Assembly (NCBI GenBank): GCA_015067825.1
Contig: SVLQ01000011.1
Location: 32,721 to 96,720 of the forward strand
DNA: 64,000 bases
Reading direction: 5' to 3'
Origin: Oscillospiraceae bacterium
GTDB lineage: Bacteria > Bacillota > Clostridia > Oscillospirales > QAMX01
The translations under genes and the position numbers were made by a program. This document shows positions 37,248 through 45,349 of this stretch, piece after piece. The notes below the pieces were generated by a model, which saw nothing but the letters and a program-made list of their open reading frames with translations, was not told the origin of the DNA and did no database searches. The first letter of the stretch is position 1. The number at the start of each line of letters is the position of its first letter.

Positions 37248-37937
37248 ATGAAAACACTGTACACCGGTAAAACCAAGGACGTTCTTCTCGACGAAGAAAC
37301 CAACATCGTCAGCCTGCTCTTCAAGGACAGCATGACCGGCGAAAACGGCGTGTTCGATCCCGGCTCCAACACCGTCGGCGGCAGCGTCGAAGGCAAGGGC
37401 AAGATCGGCCTCACCATTTCCAAGTACTTCTTCGAACTGATGGAGAAAAACGGCATCCCGACGCACTACATCAACTGCGATATCGAAAAGGGCCTGATGC
37501 AGGTCCGCAAGCTCACCGTTCCGAAGCTGGAGTTCGTGCTCCGTTACTTCACCGCCGGCAGCATGTGCCGCCGCTTCACGCTGCCGGAAGGCATTGTGTT
37601 TGACCCGCCGTACGCCGAAGTCACGCTCAAAGACGATATCCAGGGCGACCCGCTGATCAGCGAACGTCTCTGCATCATGAAGGGTCTTCTGAAAGAAGGC
37701 CAGTACGACGAAGCGCTCGACATCGTGCACCGCGTCGGCGAAGTCCTCAAGGCCGAACTTGCGGGTCTGAATCTCACGCTCATCGACTTCAAGATCGAAG
37801 TCGGCTACGATGAAAACGGCAAAATGTACGTTGCCGACGAAATCACGCCGGATATCTGGCGCGTCCGCGACGAAAACGGCAACATCCCCAACCAGCTCGA
37901 CTGCTCCAGAATGCTCTACAAAAAGATGGGCCTGTAA
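37248..37937 (+). CDS. purC: Phosphoribosylaminoimidazole-succinocarboxamide (SAICAR) synthase
   Basis: 'MKTLYTGKTKDVL' and 'LIDFKIEVG'. Start at ATG 37248 with 'GGAGA' 8 nt upstream. Confidence 0.85.
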   Translation: MKTLYTGKTKDVLLDEETNIVSLLFKDSMTGENGVFDPGSNTVGGSVEGKGKIGLTISKYFFELMEKNGIPTHYINCDIEKGLMQVRKLTVPKLEFVLRYFTAGSMCRRFTLPEGIVFDPPYAEVTLKDDIQGDPLISERLCIMKGLLKEGQYDEALDIVHRVGEVLKAELAGLNLTLIDFKIEVGYDENGKMYVADEITPDIWRVRDENGNIPNQLDCSRMLYKKMGL

Positions 37938-37950
37938 GCCAACCGAAACC

Positions 37951-37985
37951 AAACAGCGGCAGGAATTTTCCTGCCGCTGTTTTTT
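37951..37985 (+). terminator. Terminator of guaA-purC
   Basis: 13-bp arms ACAGCGGCAGGAA / TTCCTGCCGCTGT followed by TTTTT. Confidence 0.8.
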
Positions 37986-38003
37986 AGACAGAAAGACTGC
38001 AAC

Positions 38004-38041
38004 AAAAAAACACCGGAAACGATTGCTTCCGGTGCTTTTTG
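38004..38041. terminator. Bidirectional terminator (serves nagB)
   Basis: Arms CACCGGAA / TTCCGGTG, with an A7 run before and a T5 run after. Confidence 0.65.
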
Positions 38042-38051
38042 TTGATACGGT

Positions 38052-38804
38052 TTATTCTTTTTCCGCCAGCAGCTTGGCTGCGCTGTCGGCGTCGCAATAG
38101 AGGACTGCGTGATCGTGGCGGCGCAGGATCGTCGCCGGGCACTGATCGGTGATCTCAAGGTTGACGGTGTTGTAAACGGCGTTGGCCTTCGTCGGAGCGG
38201 GAACCACGCAGAACATGTGGTCGGCAGAGACCATCTGCGGGATCGTCAGCGTGTAGGCGTGGGTGGGGACGTCGTCAAAAGTGGGGAAACAGCCGTCGTG
38301 CACCTGCTGCATCCGGCAAACGTCGTCGAGCTCGGCTTTCTTGATGCGCAGCGGATCGTTAAAATCGGCAACACCGGGATCGTTGAAGGCGATGTGGCCG
38401 TTTTCGCCGATGCCGAGGCAGACGATGTCGATGTGGTTTTCCGCCAGCAGCTCTTCGTAGGCGAGGCCGTAATCGGCGACGTAGTAGACGTTTTTAAAAT
38501 TCGCCTTGCTGAAAACGTGCTCGTTTAAATAGTTGCCGAAGCTCTGCGGATCTTCCTTCTTGAGCCCGACATATTCGTCCATGTGGAAGGCGTTGACGCG
38601 CTCCCAACCCAGATCGCGGGAGAGAAGGCTTGCCAAAACGTCGTTCTGCGACGGCGCGGCGGCAAACACCATGTTGATCGTTTCTTTTTCGGCGAGCAGG
38701 GCCTGCATGCAGGCGGCGATATCGTCGGCGGCGGCCACACCCATTTCCGCCCGGGTCGCGTAGACCTGAACGGCGAGTTTATCTTTCGTAAATTGCAGCA
38801 GCAT
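38052..38804 (-). CDS. nagB: Glucosamine-6-phosphate deaminase/isomerase family protein (NagB/6PGL superfamily)
   Basis: Start at ATG 38804 (RBS 'AGAGGTG'); the 147-aa ORF-track extension is spurious. 'NAFHMDEYVGL' and 'LGIGENGHIAFNDPG' match the NagB motif. Confidence 0.7.
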   Translation of the reverse strand: MLLQFTKDKLAVQVYATRAEMGVAAADDIAACMQALLAEKETINMVFAAAPSQNDVLASLLSRDLGWERVNAFHMDEYVGLKKEDPQSFGNYLNEHVFSKANFKNVYYVADYGLAYEELLAENHIDIVCLGIGENGHIAFNDPGVADFNDPLRIKKAELDDVCRMQQVHDGCFPTFDDVPTHAYTLTIPQMVSADHMFCVVPAPTKANAVYNTVNLEITDQCPATILRRHDHAVLYCDADSAAKLLAEKE

Positions 38805-38830
38805 AAATAACACCTCTGATTGTTTGAGAT

Positions 38831-38850
38831 GGATATAGTATACTATATCC
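38831..38850. promoter_or_regulatory. Perfect 20-bp palindrome GGATATAGTATACTATATCC (candidate operator)
   Basis: Self-complementary over all 20 nt. Located 27 nt upstream of the nagB start, overlapping a TATACT -10-like hexamer. Confidence 0.5.
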
Positions 38851-38895
38851 TTTTTTGTTTTGCAAGCAAAAGAAATACTGATCCTACCGTTTTTC

Positions 38896-38924
38896 TTGAC
38901 AGAACGCGCGGTTTTCTCTATAAT
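38896..38924 (+). promoter_or_regulatory. Sigma-A promoter of pcp
   Basis: TTGACA (38896-38901), a 17-nt spacer, then TATAAT (38919-38924). Confidence 0.7.
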
Positions 38925-38952
38925 GAAGGCAGAACGTTTCGGGAGGCGGAGT

Positions 38953-39555
38953 ATGGCAGCGGAGAAACTGAAAACGCTTTTGATCACGGGTTTTGATCCG
39001 TTTGGCGGCGAGGCGGTCAACCCCTCGTGGGAGGCGGTCGCGCGGCTGCCCGATCGGATCGGCGGTTGGCGCGTCGAAAAGCGGCAGATCCCCACGCAGT
39101 TTGGGCTGGCGGCCGAGACCGTGCTGGCGGTAGCTGCGGAGTGTATGCCCGATGTGATCCTCTGCGTCGGACAGGCCGGCGGCAGAAGCAGCGTCACGCC
39201 CGAGGTGGTGGCGATCAACCTGCGCGAGGCGGCGATCGCCGACAACGCCGGGCAGCAGCCGCAAAACGAACCCGTCGTCGCCGGTGCGCGTGTGGCCTAT
39301 TTCGCGACGGTGCCGGTACGGGAGATGGTCGCGGCGATCAAGGCACGCGGAATTCCGGCGGCGCTTTCGTATTCTGCCGGGGCGTTCGTCTGCAACGATA
39401 CGCTCTATCAACTGCTGCATCATTATCACGACACACCCACGCGCGTCGGCTTTATCCACGTTCCGTTTTTGCCGGAACAGGCGAAAAACGGCCAACCGAG
39501 CCTTGTGCTCGAAACGATCACCGAGGCGCTGGCTGCGGCGATCGAAGCCTTGTAA
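38953..39555 (+). CDS. pcp: Pyroglutamyl-peptidase I
   Basis: 'LLITGFDPFGGEAVNPSWEA', 'ILCVGQAGGRSSVTPEVVAIN' and 'SAGAFVCNDTLY' (catalytic Cys). Start at ATG 38953 after 'GGGAGG'. Confidence 0.9.
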   Translation: MAAEKLKTLLITGFDPFGGEAVNPSWEAVARLPDRIGGWRVEKRQIPTQFGLAAETVLAVAAECMPDVILCVGQAGGRSSVTPEVVAINLREAAIADNAGQQPQNEPVVAGARVAYFATVPVREMVAAIKARGIPAALSYSAGAFVCNDTLYQLLHHYHDTPTRVGFIHVPFLPEQAKNGQPSLVLETITEALAAAIEAL

Positions 39556-39572
39556 TTTTTGCCGAGCGCCTC

Positions 39573-39601
39573 TTGCAATCTGACCGCCTCTGCCCTATAA
39601 T
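39573..39601 (+). promoter_or_regulatory. Sigma-A type promoter
   Basis: TTGCAA, a 17-nt spacer, then TATAAT. Lies upstream of the threonine aldolase gene. Confidence 0.6.
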
Positions 39602-39634
39602 TAGAGAAAGACCAAACGTAAAGGAAGATTGCCC

Positions 39635-40660
39635 ATGCTTTCATTTGCCAGCGACTATACCGAAGGCGCACATCCGCAGGTCCTCAAGCGTCTGTGCGAG
39701 ACGAACCTCGAACAACTCAGCGGCTACGGCACCGACCCATACTGCGAGTCGGCCAAACAGAAAATCAAAGCGGTCATCGGTAAGCCCGGAGCCGATGTCT
39801 TTTTGCTCACCGGCGGTACGCAGACCAACCAAATCGTCATCGATACGGTGTTGGGCGCGTGCGAAGGCGTGATCTGCGCCGATACCGGCCACATCGCCTG
39901 TCACGAAGCGGGTGCGATCGAATATACCGGCCGCAAAGTTCTGCCGGTTGCGCAAACCGAGGGCAAGATCGCCGCCGAAACGGTCGAGGCGTATCTGCAG
40001 TCGTTTTACGCCGACGACAACCACGATCACATGGTCTTTCCCGGTATGGTCTATATTTCCCATCCGACCGAGTACGGCACGCTCTATTCGCTGGCCGAGC
40101 TGACAGCGCTGGCCGCGGTCTGCCGCCGCTACGAGATCCCGCTGTATCTCGACGGTGCCCGCCTTGGCTACGGGTTAATGAGTGCGGGCACGGACGTGAC
40201 GATTGCCGACGTGGCGGAGCTGTGCGACGTTTTCTATATCGGCGGCACCAAAGTCGGTGCACTTTGCGGCGAAGCGGTGGTGTTTCCGCGCGGCAACGCG
40301 CCCAAACGCTTCTTCACCTCGATCAAGCAGCACGGCGCTCTGCTTGCCAAAGGCCGGCTGCTGGGGGTGCAGTTCGATGCGCTCTTTACCGATGGGCTCT
40401 ATTTTGCGGCGAGCCGCCATGCCATCGAACAGTCGGACAAGCTGCGCAAGCTCTTTGCGGAGAAAAACTATCAATATTTTATCGAAACCGTGACCAATCA
40501 GGTCTTTATCGTGCTGGAGAACCGAAAAATGGAGGAACTTGCCCGGTCGGTTTCCTTCAGCTTCTGGGAACGTATCGACACCGACCACACGGTCGTCAGA
40601 TTCGCGACGTCGTGGGCGACCACGGATGAACAACTTGCTGCGCTGGAAAGCCTGCTGTGA
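39635..40660 (+). CDS. PLP-dependent threonine aldolase / beta-eliminating lyase family protein
   Basis: 'FASDYTEGAHPQVL', 'LLTGGTQTNQIVI' and 'YIGGTKVGAL' (PLP lysine region). ATG 39635 has 'AAGGAAG' 7 nt upstream. Confidence 0.75.
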   Translation: MLSFASDYTEGAHPQVLKRLCETNLEQLSGYGTDPYCESAKQKIKAVIGKPGADVFLLTGGTQTNQIVIDTVLGACEGVICADTGHIACHEAGAIEYTGRKVLPVAQTEGKIAAETVEAYLQSFYADDNHDHMVFPGMVYISHPTEYGTLYSLAELTALAAVCRRYEIPLYLDGARLGYGLMSAGTDVTIADVAELCDVFYIGGTKVGALCGEAVVFPRGNAPKRFFTSIKQHGALLAKGRLLGVQFDALFTDGLYFAASRHAIEQSDKLRKLFAEKNYQYFIETVTNQVFIVLENRKMEELARSVSFSFWERIDTDHTVVRFATSWATTDEQLAALESLL

Positions 40661-40674
40661 CCAAAGGAGAAACT

Positions 40675-42030
40675 ATGAAAATTATTGCAAGTGACTACGA
40701 CGGAACACTGAACCACGGCGGCGTCGACGACAGAAAACGCGAGGCGATCGCGCGGTGGCGCGCGGCGGGCAACCAATTCGGCCTTGTGAGCGGGCGAGGT
40801 GTCGGCTCGCTGGTGGAGCTTGCGCAACAGGATGGCATTGCCTATGACTTTTTGCTTGCCAGTAATGGTGCGGCGATCTGCACGCCCGATGGCAAGATCC
40901 TGAAAGAATGCCACTGCGATGGGAAACTGGCAAAACCGTTGCTCTCGCTGATGATCGAACTCGGCGCGACCGAATGTTACGGCGATACCGACTATACCTT
41001 CGGTGTCTTTTCCCCTTTGACGACGAATCATCCGGCGCATTTTTCGTTGGAAACACTGCCGGAAATTCCGTATTTCATCCAGATTTCCACGATTTTGGAG
41101 ACGGAAGACGAAGCCAAACGGATAACTGCTGCCATCCGTGAGCACTTCGGCGACGAGCTCAATCCGCTACAAAACGGGCGCTGCATCGACGTCGTGCACA
41201 AATCGATGGACAAGGCGCAGGGGATCTACGGCCTTTTGGAGCTTTGCGGGGCGAAGTACGCCGACGTCATCACCGTCGGCGACAACGTCAACGACACCGC
41301 CATGATCGCCGAATTCCGCTCCTATGCGATGGAAAATGCCGTGCCGTCGATCAAAGCGTTGGCCAATGCCGTAACGCCGGGGATCGTCGAACTGATCGAG
41401 CGCGAGCTGGAAATGCTGTCGCCGATGGAAAAAATGCGTTCCGGCGAGCTCTATCTGCCGGGCGATGACGAGATCATGGCCGAGCAGACGGCGTGCCTGG
41501 ATCGGCAATACGACTTTAATCAGACGCGCCCGACCGAACTCGCCAAACGAACAACGATGCTCAGAGAAATGTTTGCGGAGATCGGCGAGGGAACGTACAT
41601 CGAACCGCCACTGCACGCCAACTGGGGCGGCAAGCACTGCCATTTCGGCAAAAACGTCTACGCCAACTTCAACCTCACGCTCGTCGACGATACCGACATC
41701 TACGTCGGCGACGGTACGATGTTTGGCCCCAACGTCGTCATCGCAACTGCCGGCCATCCGCTCCATCCGCCGCTGCGTGAGCAGCAGTACCAGTATAACG
41801 TGCCCGTCCGCATCGGCAAAAACTGCTGGCTCGGCGCGGGCGTGCTGGTAATGCCCGGTGTCACGATCGGCGACAATTCTGTCATCGGCGCGGGCAGCGT
41901 GGTGACGAAGGATATCCCCGCCAACGTCGTCGCCGTCGGCAATCCGTGCAGAGTGCTGCGTGAGCTTGGCGAGCACGACCGCGAGTTTTATTGGAGAAAC
42001 CGCAAAATCGACCCGAAAATACTGAAATGA
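40675..42030 (+). CDS. Fusion protein: Cof-type HAD-IIB phosphatase (N-terminal) plus Maa/LacA-type hexapeptide sugar O-acetyltransferase (C-terminal)
   Basis: HAD motifs 'IIASDYDGTL' and 'VGDNVNDTAM' are followed, in one uninterrupted frame, by 'MEKMRSGELYLPGDDEI...NVVIATAGHPLHP...IGKNCWLGAGVLVMPGVTIGDNSVIGAGSVV'. RBS 'AAAGGAG'. Confidence 0.8.
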   Translation: MKIIASDYDGTLNHGGVDDRKREAIARWRAAGNQFGLVSGRGVGSLVELAQQDGIAYDFLLASNGAAICTPDGKILKECHCDGKLAKPLLSLMIELGATECYGDTDYTFGVFSPLTTNHPAHFSLETLPEIPYFIQISTILETEDEAKRITAAIREHFGDELNPLQNGRCIDVVHKSMDKAQGIYGLLELCGAKYADVITVGDNVNDTAMIAEFRSYAMENAVPSIKALANAVTPGIVELIERELEMLSPMEKMRSGELYLPGDDEIMAEQTACLDRQYDFNQTRPTELAKRTTMLREMFAEIGEGTYIEPPLHANWGGKHCHFGKNVYANFNLTLVDDTDIYVGDGTMFGPNVVIATAGHPLHPPLREQQYQYNVPVRIGKNCWLGAGVLVMPGVTIGDNSVIGAGSVVTKDIPANVVAVGNPCRVLRELGEHDREFYWRNRKIDPKILK

Positions 42031-42032
42031 AC

Positions 42033-42065
42033 AAAGTCCCGATGATAAAATATCATCGGGACTTT
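42033..42065 (+). terminator. Terminator
   Basis: 15-bp arms AAAGTCCCGATGATA / TATCATCGGGACTTT with an AAA loop. Confidence 0.7.
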
Positions 42066-42186
42066 ACTGTTGGAAATTTGGGAGAGGACAATCCCTTTCG
42101 GCAACATCAGCGATTTTTACCACTTCTCCTGCGTCAGCGGAGGCATTGGAAACAGTCGACTGCTTGCCCGCTGCGCTCAAAGTGCT

Positions 42187-42246
42187 GAAAAGGCTCCCTT
42201 GTGTAAAGGGAGCTGTTTTCCATCCTTGCCAAGCAAGGGTGGAAAA
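42187..42246 (-). terminator. Tandem hairpins downstream of the nitrilase-family gene
   Basis: Hairpin 1 is TTTTCCATCCTTGC / GCAAGGGTGGAAAA. Hairpin 2 is GCTCCCTT / AAGGGAGC. The second is followed by a T-tract on the minus strand. Confidence 0.5.
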
Positions 42247-42272
42247 CTGAGGGATTGTCATCCGTATGGCTC

Positions 42273-43064
42273 TTACAAATCGTTATGTTGTGCACTACAG
42301 GTGAGGCGGTCTGAAAGCTCGATTCTTCCTTGTTCTCCGAAATTCGGTTCGGTCTTTTCCAATTCAAAAACGAGCAACCCTTCTGTGTTCCGACACGCTT
42401 CTGCCAAGGTGTGTCCGGATTGGTCGCACAGCGCGGTAGGTGCGGTCTGGTATGGACAGATTGTGTTGACGGACAGGATAGGGGTAGTATTTTCCATCGC
42501 TCTCGTACGGAGGTGTGCCTTGATCAGGTCGTACCGTTCGGCGTCATCTGTAGAGGAAACGTCGTAGAACAGAACGATGTTCAAATCGGTCTTTTGGCGG
42601 TATAATTCCCTGAAAAACTCCGGAAACCGCACTTCAAAACAAATCCGGACACCGATTTTCCAATCGCCCAGATCAAAAATACCGTCCTCTTTACCCTCTG
42701 TGAAGTTCTCTCTGTCCCAACCCCACAAAGCACGCTTGTGATAAAATAACTTTGCCTGTTTGGGACGAAGGATTAGCGCACTGTTATAATGCTTTGCATG
42801 CTCCTTAGAAATCGTACCGAGAATCAAACAAACATTGCTTTGGTCAATGAGTGCTTGCAATTCTTGATAAGCCATATCTAACGCACCGAAATCTACAGCG
42901 GAAGAGGAGGCCATATCATGCGGCGGATATCCCGTCAGTGCGCATTCGGGAAAAACCAAAAGCCGGATGCCTTTTTCGGATGCATCGATGATTGCGCTTT
43001 TTATGGTGTTGAGATTATCCGAAATATCGCCTGTTGCAGCAAATTGGTATGCACCAACTTTCAT
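42273..43064 (-). CDS. Carbon-nitrogen hydrolase (nitrilase superfamily)
   Basis: E-K-C triad contexts 'LLVFPECALTGY', 'YHKRAL' and 'IGVRICFEVRFPE'. RBS 'AGGAGGG'. Low GC. Confidence 0.8.
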   Translation of the reverse strand: MKVGAYQFAATGDISDNLNTIKSAIIDASEKGIRLLVFPECALTGYPPHDMASSSAVDFGALDMAYQELQALIDQSNVCLILGTISKEHAKHYNSALILRPKQAKLFYHKRALWGWDRENFTEGKEDGIFDLGDWKIGVRICFEVRFPEFFRELYRQKTDLNIVLFYDVSSTDDAERYDLIKAHLRTRAMENTTPILSVNTICPYQTAPTALCDQSGHTLAEACRNTEGLLVFELEKTEPNFGEQGRIELSDRLTCSAQHNDL

Positions 43065-43102
43065 TTTTTCCCTCCTTTGCGAGCCGAAATTTCATTATGG
43101 TG

Positions 43103-43966
43103 TTATTGCGTGAGATACGCCGAAAGGTCGTTCGGTGCGCGGTCGGCTAAAATATCCGCCGTCAGTCGGCGGACGGTGTATTCCTCGAAGGCGTTGCGGA
43201 TACCGTCTGCATCTCCGGAAAGATAGTAGGAGCGGTCGATGCCGGGGTACTCCGTATCGGCGGCGAGGATCTCCGCACGGTGGCTTTCCGTAAACGGGCG
43301 GACGATGTGGTGGAGGAACTCGTGGATCACGGATTCCGCGCGGAATTCACCGGCGCTGAACACAAACGTGTCGCCGTGCAGGTGATAGTCAGCGGAGTAG
43401 GCGCATTTGATCGGCGAGATTGAAAGCCGGATCTTGGCAAACGGCGAACTGTATCGGCTGCGGCAGGTCTCCAGCGCCGAACCGACGGCGGCCAGCTCAT
43501 CTGCACGGCGCTTACTCTCCGAGGCGAGAAATTCCGCCTCCCATGCGGAGTAACGCGCAAATGCCGGACTTTCGAGCACTTCCGTGAGAGCGGGCGGAAA
43601 TTTGCCGATCCAGCCCCAAAGCGATGGACCGCGTTCGTGGTCTGCGATGTTTCCTGCCGTCATAACGCGGTCGCGGAAGGCGCCAAAATCGGCGAAACCG
43701 CGCTTATCTGCCGTGAGGAAGAAGCAGGCGGTTTCCAAAACTGCTGCCCGCGGCCAGTAGGGGTAGGGCTCGCAGGAAGTCTGGCGGACGGCGGTGAAAA
43801 AGGACGGTACCTCGGAAACACCGACAAACGGTGCGAGCAGGGAAGCGTGGGCCTCGCTGCGGCCGAGGGTATGGTATTCGTAGCCGCTCTGCAAAAGGGC
43901 GAAGTAGATCGCGGAGATCTCCGGGATCGCCCGCAGCGCAAGCGGCTGTTTGGATATTTCTGCCAT
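43103..43966 (-). CDS. Hypothetical protein with an HExxH motif (putative zinc-dependent hydrolase)
   Basis: Start at ATG 43966 ('AAGGA' 6 nt upstream); the 161-aa ORF-track extension is spurious. 'VIHEFLHHIVRPF'. Confidence 0.55.
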   Translation of the reverse strand: MAEISKQPLALRAIPEISAIYFALLQSGYEYHTLGRSEAHASLLAPFVGVSEVPSFFTAVRQTSCEPYPYWPRAAVLETACFFLTADKRGFADFGAFRDRVMTAGNIADHERGPSLWGWIGKFPPALTEVLESPAFARYSAWEAEFLASESKRRADELAAVGSALETCRSRYSSPFAKIRLSISPIKCAYSADYHLHGDTFVFSAGEFRAESVIHEFLHHIVRPFTESHRAEILAADTEYPGIDRSYYLSGDADGIRNAFEEYTVRRLTADILADRAPNDLSAYLTQ

Positions 43967-44063
43967 GTGCATTCCTTTCTTTGGGCCGATCGGAAAGCGA
44001 AGTTTCCCGATCGGTATCCCGTGTCTGTGCGAAAAGGTATCCGATGCGTGAGTGGGAGAACAT

Positions 44064-44092
44064 ATCATAACACGGTCGAGGTCGTTTGTCAA
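44064..44092 (-). promoter_or_regulatory. Sigma-A type promoter of the HExxH gene
   Basis: On the minus strand: TTGACA (44092-44087), a 17-nt spacer, then TATGAT (44069-44064). Confidence 0.6.
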
Positions 44093-44108
44093 GCCGCAAA
44101 ATGAATAG

Positions 44109-44144
44109 AAAAACGCCGGGACTTTCGGAGAGAAAGTCCCGGCG
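44109..44144 (-). terminator. Terminator after the DegT-family gene
   Basis: 12-bp arms CGCCGGGACTTT / AAAGTCCCGGCG followed by TTTTT on the minus strand. Confidence 0.8.
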
Positions 44145-44151
44145 AAACTGT

Positions 44152-45324
44152 TTACAGGGCGGCGTTGATGATCTCGGCGATCTCGTTGCGTTTCTCGTCG
44201 GTCCAGTCGGGCTGCACCCAAAGGTAAGCCGTGCGGGCGAGGTAGTCGAGGGTCTTCGGACACATATCCATCGTGTAGTCCATCTGCAGGCCTTCGTTTT
44301 CCTTCATCTTGTAGGGGTCCATGGCCGGGTGGAGCGCACCGCGTTTTTCCATGATCTGCGTCCAGTTGGTGTAGACGTGCTTGCCCGTGTCGATCGGGAT
44401 CGTGATATCGACACCGCGTTCTTTGCATTTTGCGGCAAACGAACGGCACTCGGCCGCCGTTTCAAAGCGCAGCGCCAGCGTGGTCGCGCAGTCGCCTTGC
44501 GCATCGTGCGAAGGGGCAACGACGGCTTTGTCGCAAAGCGAATCGATGAGGGCGAATTTCTGCGTGTGCAGATCGGCCAGAATGCCGGGCAGCTTCTTGA
44601 GCTGTTCGCGCATGATCGCGCCGATGATGTCGGAAACGCGGAATTCCGTGCCGCCGAAGAGCGGTTCGGAGATGCCGTTGAGCTGATCGCCGAAGAAGGC
44701 GACGGCGCTGGCATCGTGGTAAATGAGACCGCGCTCAAAAATCTGACGGTTATTCGTGACGAGCGCGCCGCCTTCGCCGGCGGTCATGACCTTAAAGTAG
44801 TTGAAGCTGTGGGCGCCGGCATCGCCGATCGCGCCGAGCTTTTTGCCCTTGTATTCGCCGCCGACCGACTGGCAGGCGTCTTCGATGACGGCAATACCGT
44901 GCTTGGCGGCCAGTTCGCAGAGACCGTCCATGTTGCTGGGGAAGCCCTGAATGTGCACCGGGATGATCGCCTTTGTGTGGGCGGAGATCTTTTTAGCGGT
45001 GTCTTCGACGTCGAGGGTCAGCGTTTCGTCGACTTCGGCGATGACCGGGATCGCGCCGACAGAGGTGACGGCCAGAGCCGTAGCGATATAGGTGTAGCCG
45101 GGAACGATGACTTCGTCTCCGGGGCCGATGCCGAGGCCGATCAGGGCGGAGGTGATCGCCGCAAAGCCCGACGACATCAAAATGCAGTAGTCGCTCTTGA
45201 GGTGCGCTTTCCATTCGTTTTCAAAGTTGAGCACTTCACGGCCGCTGCCGTTGATCTTGAAAAAGTCCTTGGAGTAGATCGCGCGGGCGACCGCGTCGAT
45301 TTCTTCTTTGCCGATGCGATACAT
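44152..45324 (-). CDS. DegT/DnrJ/EryC1/StrS family PLP-dependent aminotransferase
   Basis: 'GPGDEVIVPGYTYIATALAV', 'IPVHIQGFP' and 'SFNYFKVMTAGEGG' (the PLP-Lys region). 390 aa. RBS 'GGAGGA'. Confidence 0.8.
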   Translation of the reverse strand: MYRIGKEEIDAVARAIYSKDFFKINGSGREVLNFENEWKAHLKSDYCILMSSGFAAITSALIGLGIGPGDEVIVPGYTYIATALAVTSVGAIPVIAEVDETLTLDVEDTAKKISAHTKAIIPVHIQGFPSNMDGLCELAAKHGIAVIEDACQSVGGEYKGKKLGAIGDAGAHSFNYFKVMTAGEGGALVTNNRQIFERGLIYHDASAVAFFGDQLNGISEPLFGGTEFRVSDIIGAIMREQLKKLPGILADLHTQKFALIDSLCDKAVVAPSHDAQGDCATTLALRFETAAECRSFAAKCKERGVDITIPIDTGKHVYTNWTQIMEKRGALHPAMDPYKMKENEGLQMDYTMDMCPKTLDYLARTAYLWVQPDWTDEKRNEIAEIINAAL

Positions 45325-45349
45325 AAACTGTTTCCTCCGTTAGCGTATT

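Noticed and set aside
38805-44449. N-terminal extensions in the ORF track: 38052-39245, 43103-44449, 15940-16605, 18180-18620, 20067-21377, 50192-51025 and 49678-50280.
   Set aside because: The extensions overlap upstream genes or promoters, have Arg/Pro-rich junk composition, and contain internal ATG codons with good RBSs that match homologue N-termini. The shorter forms were annotated instead.
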